Part shown: positions 45,010-49,333 of the stretch, one piece after another
How positions within the stretch are numbered: position 1 is the first letter of the stretch
How the letters are laid out: each line of letters starts with the position of its first letter
NCBI GenBank assembly: GCA_033762295.1
Contig: JANRLW010000115.1
Location: 1 to 49,333, forward strand
Reading direction: 5' to 3'
Source: Capsulimonadales bacterium
GTDB taxonomy: Bacteria; Armatimonadota; Armatimonadia; Armatimonadales; Armatimonadaceae
Length of the DNA: 49,333 nt
Program-made: the position numbers and the translations under genes
The notes under the pieces: model-generated
What the model saw: the letters and a program-made list of their open reading frames with translations, nothing else
The model's database searches: none
Told to the model about the DNA's origin: nothing

Positions 45010-45894
45010 TTACCAGTCGCGGGCCCAGCCGATGTTGCCCTGCGGCGTGTTGATGTTGGTTTCGTTACCGGCGGTGCCACGCCACGCCCCGTTTTCCATC
45101 ACGCACTCGTAGGAGACCAGGCTCATCGTCGGGACGGCTTTCACATGGCCGTCGACATAGGACACCATGGTCAGGCGACCGGTCAGGAACGTGTTGATCG
45201 CGCCGTTCGTACTCGCTCCCGGCGACGGGGCGACGACGCCCGATCCGCGCTGATGGCTGCCCCAGACCGCGTTGTTGTTCGCGCTTCGTGCGTTCGCACG
45301 GTAGGCGGCGGGCGGACGGCTCAGCTGTGCGCCGTCGGTCAGCAGGATCGTTTCCGCCGGGCGGCCCAGGGCGGCCAGCACCGCCGGCAGGGCGTACTGC
45401 TGGTCGTTGAACGGAGCATAGGCCGTCGAAAGCGTGTTCGTGCCGGTGCAGTTCGACAGACCGCCGAGGGCGTAGTAGTTGTAGGCGTAGGTGTTGGAGG
45501 CGGTCGACAACTGCGCCTTGGTCGAGGGGCAGGCCCAGACGCCGCCGAGCTGTCCGCCGTTACCGGTTGCGTTCGGCGTCGCCCCGTTCTTGATATAGGG
45601 ATCGACGATAAAGTTATAGAGATAGCGGAACGCGAACGAGGATGGGTCATAGACACGGCACGCGTTCGTCGTCCAGGGCGGCATCCGCTCGTCGTAATCC
45701 TGGGCGTACATATTGAACGCCAGAGAGATCTGCTTCAGGTTGGACTGACAGGTCGCCTGTCGGGCTTTCTCTCGCGCCTGAGCGAAAACGGGGAAAAGAA
45801 TGGCGGCCAGAATGGCGATAATGGCGATCACGACGAGCAGCTCGATGAGCGTAAACGCCGCGGCCCGACGAGGGGCGCAAACCGGGGAGAGCAT
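45010..45894 (-). CDS. Prepilin-type N-terminal cleavage/methylation, DUF1559-like protein
   Basis: [44 protein letters not shown]-terminal [16 protein letters not shown]. Confidence 0.92.
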   Translation of the reverse strand: MLSPVCAPRRAAAFTLIELLVVIAIIAILAAILFPVFAQAREKARQATCQSNLKQISLAFNMYAQDYDERMPPWTTNACRVYDPSSFAFRYLYNFIVDPYIKNGATPNATGNGGQLGGVWACPSTKAQLSTASNTYAYNYYALGGLSNCTGTNTLSTAYAPFNDQQYALPAVLAALGRPAETILLTDGAQLSRPPAAYRANARSANNNAVWGSHQRGSGVVAPSPGASTNGAINTFLTGRLTMVSYVDGHVKAVPTMSLVSYECVMENGAWRGTAGNETNINTPQGNIGWARDW

Positions 45895-45935
45895 TGCAAA
45901 CTCCTTTGGAACGAACGATCCGGCGTTTCCCCCAT

Positions 45936-46046
45936 GGAAACGCTCCCGGAACCAGCATGAAGAAGAGGATTTATGCCTTGAAAAGAGTATAGACGTATTG
46001 CCGCCGGAATGCAAGGATTCTCGCTATCTCTCCGCGTTTCCGGTCG
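45936..46046 (-). repeat. 111-bp direct repeat copy 1, carrying a sigma70 promoter
   Basis: 108/111 identical to 47034-47144 by manual comparison; minus strand TTGCAT-17 nt-TATACT at 46014-45986. Confidence 0.92.
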
Positions 46047-46075
46047 ATGATATCGACATTCCGACAGCCACAACG

Positions 46076-46981
46076 TTAGGGTGGCGTGCGTTTCCATTCT
46101 TTTCGCCAGCAGTGTAACGCATGCAACTCCCGGAAGCCCACGGCATTATATATAGGTTGCGTACTTCCGACATAGGCCACGGTGGCCCCGAGCAGGTTGC
46201 AACGACGGACCCCCTCACGTACGGCGGCGCTCCCCAGACCGCGGCGTCGGTAATCCGGGTCCGTTGCGACAGGTTCCACGTAGGCCAGGCGGTTCACAGG
46301 GTCGTACCACATACCGCAAAAGGAGGCAAACTCCCCGTTGGGAGCGACGACGACGACCGCCAGATCCTGCCGATAATTCGGACCTGATTGCATACGCTGT
46401 CTATCGATCACTCCCTCTTCCGGCGGTTCTCCGGGATGATCGAATCCGCGATACAGGACACGATCCATTTTTCGCAGGTCATTGTCCTCGGCCAGAGATT
46501 GGAGACGGAAGCCCTCCGGGAGCGTAATCGACGGAAATGGGTCGGGGATAAACCATCGCGCCATCGGACGCCATGCCGCAGGCACTCGCACATAGTCCTT
46601 TGCGGAGACGTACTGCGTGAACGCCCGATCGGAATCGTGAATAAAGACGTCCAGGCGAAGGTCGCCGTCGGGCAATTCCGCGGTCAGGTATTCCTCCGCA
46701 TGCTTCAGCATTTCCGCTTCCAGCCAGCGATAGTTGCGATGGCAGTTAAAGAACGCCTCGCCCCGCCGAAGCTCGTAACTTACTACGGCGACGATCCGCC
46801 CGTCGTCCTCCCAGATGCCGATTCGGTCCACGGACTCCTCGTCGAACCCGGGGTGAGTATACGCGTACTCCCAGATCGGTTGAAACCAGTTGCCATCCCG
46901 GTTCTCCGGTTCGTACAACGTCACCAGAAAGTCCGATACGGCAGTATAGTCCGTTGCCCTGTCAAAAGTTCGGAATCTCAT
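46076..46981 (-). CDS. GNAT family N-acetyltransferase
   Basis: EPVATDPDYRRRGLG acetyl-CoA motif, IYNAVGF; start refined to ATG 46981. Confidence 0.88.
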   Translation of the reverse strand: MRFRTFDRATDYTAVSDFLVTLYEPENRDGNWFQPIWEYAYTHPGFDEESVDRIGIWEDDGRIVAVVSYELRRGEAFFNCHRNYRWLEAEMLKHAEEYLTAELPDGDLRLDVFIHDSDRAFTQYVSAKDYVRVPAAWRPMARWFIPDPFPSITLPEGFRLQSLAEDNDLRKMDRVLYRGFDHPGEPPEEGVIDRQRMQSGPNYRQDLAVVVVAPNGEFASFCGMWYDPVNRLAYVEPVATDPDYRRRGLGSAAVREGVRRCNLLGATVAYVGSTQPIYNAVGFRELHALHCWRKEWKRTPP

Positions 46982-47033
46982 GGCTCTCGGATTGCGGTGG
47001 CATCGCACCTTGATTATAAGTGCAGGGTACGCG

Positions 47034-47144
47034 GGAAACGCTCCCGGAACCGGCAGGAAGAAGAGGATTTATGCCTTGAAAAGAGTATAGACGTATCGCC
47101 GCCGGAATGCAAGGATTCTCGCTATCTCTCCGCGTTTCCGGTCG
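47034..47144 (-). repeat. 111-bp direct repeat copy 2, carrying a sigma70 promoter
   Basis: Same element as 45936-46046; promoter at 47112-47084. Confidence 0.92.
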
Positions 47145-47234
47145 GCAAACTCGACCTTCCGAAGACTCAGGCAGGCATAGGGCAGGTATAATGGACTGTT
47201 TGGGAACCACTCACCCGCGAAAGGATCTACATCA

Positions 47235-47801
47235 ATGCGCTCCTCCTCTTTTCTTCGCACGGTCATCGGTCCGGTCGGTTTGGTGGCGAGCGTTATTGCC
47301 CCGGCGTTCACCGGCGGCGCATTCGCTCAGATCACGATCACGTTGGATCAGAACCCCCTGACGGTCGTCCGTCCGCAATCCGGCAGTCTGGTCGCCTCGA
47401 TTACCGGAACGGTGTCGGTCGGCACCGGTTGGGCGATCGGCGGCTTCGGTGTGCTCGATCAGGCGGCCAACGGCGGCGGTGACGCTCTGGTCGTGGATTT
47501 TTCCGAATCTTTTCTGAACTATATCAGTCTGGCTTCGCCCGGCGACGATTACACGGGATCGCTTTTCGATGTGACCGTCACCGCGTCCACGACTCCGGGC
47601 CTCTACGACCGCGATGCGGGCAACCTGAGCGAGCCGGCGCAGTTCGTCTACACCGCCTTCGACGGGCCGAACGGGTCGGTTCAAACGCTGGATTACGCCG
47701 TCAACATCGTCGCCATGGGCGCGGCGGCACCGGAACCGGGAACGCTCGCCCTGCTGGTTTTACCGACGGTCGGTCTCCTCGCCCGACGCCCCCGGCGGTA
47801 G
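47235..47801 (+). CDS. PEP-CTERM sorting domain protein
   Basis: Signal peptide ..AFA-Q; C-terminal APEPGTLALLVLPTVGLLARRPRR; TATAAT at 47187-47192. Confidence 0.9.
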   Translation: MRSSSFLRTVIGPVGLVASVIAPAFTGGAFAQITITLDQNPLTVVRPQSGSLVASITGTVSVGTGWAIGGFGVLDQAANGGGDALVVDFSESFLNYISLASPGDDYTGSLFDVTVTASTTPGLYDRDAGNLSEPAQFVYTAFDGPNGSVQTLDYAVNIVAMGAAAPEPGTLALLVLPTVGLLARRPRR

Positions 47802-47923
47802 AGCCAACCGGGAGCCGGGGATTTTCACCAGGAGAACTATGTCCCGGTCGGTTTTCCGCTGCCGCGCGTGGCGGTCCGACCGGGACGACAAACGATCCGC
47901 AGGGCGAAGGCTTCGGCAACAGG

Positions 47924-49333
47924 TTACAGGCTACTGTCGCGGAGGTAGCGCAGAAGGCCGTGGGTATCGGCGAGGGTGAGGGCGCCGATCCGTCCGCCGT
48001 CGGTTCCCGCAGCGGTGTTGAGGAACTTCGAGAGCGCCTCGGCATCGCCGTACTTGGCCAGAGAGTCGGTAAAGCCCTCGACAGTGACCTTCTGCTTCAG
48101 TCCCTCGCCGATCTCCTTGCCACGCACACCGAAACGGATATCGACGACGCCGTTCTCCTTGTCGCGCGGGCCGACGACAAAGATCACCGGAATCTTCATC
48201 AGTTCGGCATCGCGAACACGACGGTTCACCGATTCGTTGCGGTCGTCCACTTTCACCCGGAACTGGTCTGCCTTGAGCCGGGTTTCCAGATCGCGGGCGT
48301 AGGCGACCAGCGGTTCATCGTCCGTCTTCAGCGGGATGACGACGGCCTGTTGCGGCGCGAGCCAGACCGGGAAGGCCCCGGCGTAGTGCTCGATCAGGAA
48401 CGAGATCATCCGCTCCATGGTCGACAGATACCCACGATGGATCATGACCGGGCGATGCCGCTTGCTGTCCTCACCGATGTAGTCCAGTTCAAACTGGTTC
48501 GGCAGGTGACGGTCGACCTGCACGGTGGAGACGGTCTCCTCGCGTCCGAGAACGTTCCTGAGCTGAATATCGATCTTCGGTCCGTAGAACGCCGCCTCGC
48601 CGACGCCGTTGAAGTAGGGAAGCCCTAACTCCTCGAAGACCTCGCGCAGTTCGCCCTCGGCCTTTTCCCAGAGGGCCGGGTTGTCGACATACTTCTCGGT
48701 GTTGTTCGGGTCATGCAGCGAAAGCCGGTAACGGTACTCGGTGATGCCGAGCCGACGATAGGCGTCCTCAATCAGGAGGATCGATTTTTTGACCTCCTCC
48801 TTGACCTGGTCCTCGCGGCAGAAGATATGGGCATCGGAGAGGACCATGGCGCGGACGCGCGACAGGCCGGACAGTTCCCCGGCCTTCTCCCAGCGGAACA
48901 TCTGTCCGAGTTCGGCGTAGCGGATCGGCAGTTCGCGGTAGGAGCGCATCTCATTCTTGAAGATCTGAATGTGATGCGGGCAGTTCATCGGGCGGAGGAC
49001 GAACTCCTCCTCGATATTTCCGTCGTCGTCACGGAAGGTCATAACCGGGAACATCGAGTCCTTGTAGTGCGACCAGTGCCCGGAGACTTCGTACAGTTCC
49101 TTATGCGCGAGCGGGGGGGTGTAGACATGCTCGTAGCCGTGCTCCATCTCCACATCCTGAATGAACCGTTCCAGGGTGCGACGGATGGCCGCGCCATTGG
49201 GCAGCCAGAGCGGCAGGCCGGGACCGATCAGCGGCGACCCCATAAAGATGCCGAGTTGTTTGCCGAGAACCTTGTGATCGCGCTTCTTCGCCTCCTCCAG
49301 CATATTCAGGTAGGCTTCCAGCTGCGACTTCTT
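47924..49333 (-). CDS. thrS: Threonine--tRNA ligase (5' end outside window)
   Basis: RDHK.LGKQL, RPMNCPHH, GELSGLSRVR, AAFYGPKID, PVMIHR, FPVWLAPQQ. Confidence 0.97.
   Translation of the reverse strand, partial: KKSQLEAYLNMLEEAKKRDHKVLGKQLGIFMGSPLIGPGLPLWLPNGAAIRRTLERFIQDVEMEHGYEHVYTPPLAHKELYEVSGHWSHYKDSMFPVMTFRDDDGNIEEEFVLRPMNCPHHIQIFKNEMRSYRELPIRYAELGQMFRWEKAGELSGLSRVRAMVLSDAHIFCREDQVKEEVKKSILLIEDAYRRLGITEYRYRLSLHDPNNTEKYVDNPALWEKAEGELREVFEELGLPYFNGVGEAAFYGPKIDIQLRNVLGREETVSTVQVDRHLPNQFELDYIGEDSKRHRPVMIHRGYLSTMERMISFLIEHYAGAFPVWLAPQQAVVIPLKTDDEPLVAYARDLETRLKADQFRVKVDDRNESVNRRVRDAELMKIPVIFVVGPRDKENGVVDIRFGVRGKEIGEGLKQKVTVEGFTDSLAKYGDAEALSKFLNTAAGTDGGRIGALTLADTHGLLRYLRDSSL

Noticed and set aside
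46047..46082. Integron attC after the GNAT gene (stop codon within CCCTAAC)
   Set aside because: No matching GTTRRRY end or long imperfect palindrome, and no integrase in the window
45936..47144. Repeat pair as DGR template/variable region or CRISPR
   Set aside because: Both copies are non-coding, there are only two, mismatches are not all at adenines on one strand, and no reverse transcriptase or cas gene is present

Overview
GC-rich bacterial chromosomal window, most likely Armatimonadota (inferred from prepilin/DUF1559-type genes, a PEP-CTERM protein, SARP/BTAD regulators and STN-like secreted proteins; not verified). Nearly all genes from 579 to 33085 lie on the minus strand. In transcription order they are: a TIR-STAND-TPR protein; a ~21 kb enzyme cluster with no PKS or NRPS (two DJ-1/GATase1 proteins, a ThDP decarboxylase, seven NTF2/SnoaL domains, a CrtI-like flavoprotein, a Hod/Qdo-type cofactor-free dioxygenase, a GMC oxidoreductase, a beta-barrel plus four lipoproteins, a VOC protein, GlgX and an AGE-like epimerase); a ferritin-like/CDGSH fusion; and a three-gene RyR / K+ channel-RCK-RyR / SLOG-SLATT module resembling a nucleotide-gated membrane effector system. 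A truncated prepilin joined out of frame to a beta-helix gene and an Asp/Asn beta-hydroxylase follow. The right third holds regulators and accessory genes, a PhyH gene interrupted by an in-frame TAG, a 111-bp duplicated promoter flanking a GNAT gene, a PEP-CTERM gene and the 3' part of thrS. No rRNA, tRNA, CRISPR array or transposase was seen. All family calls come from motif recognition by eye, not from database searches.
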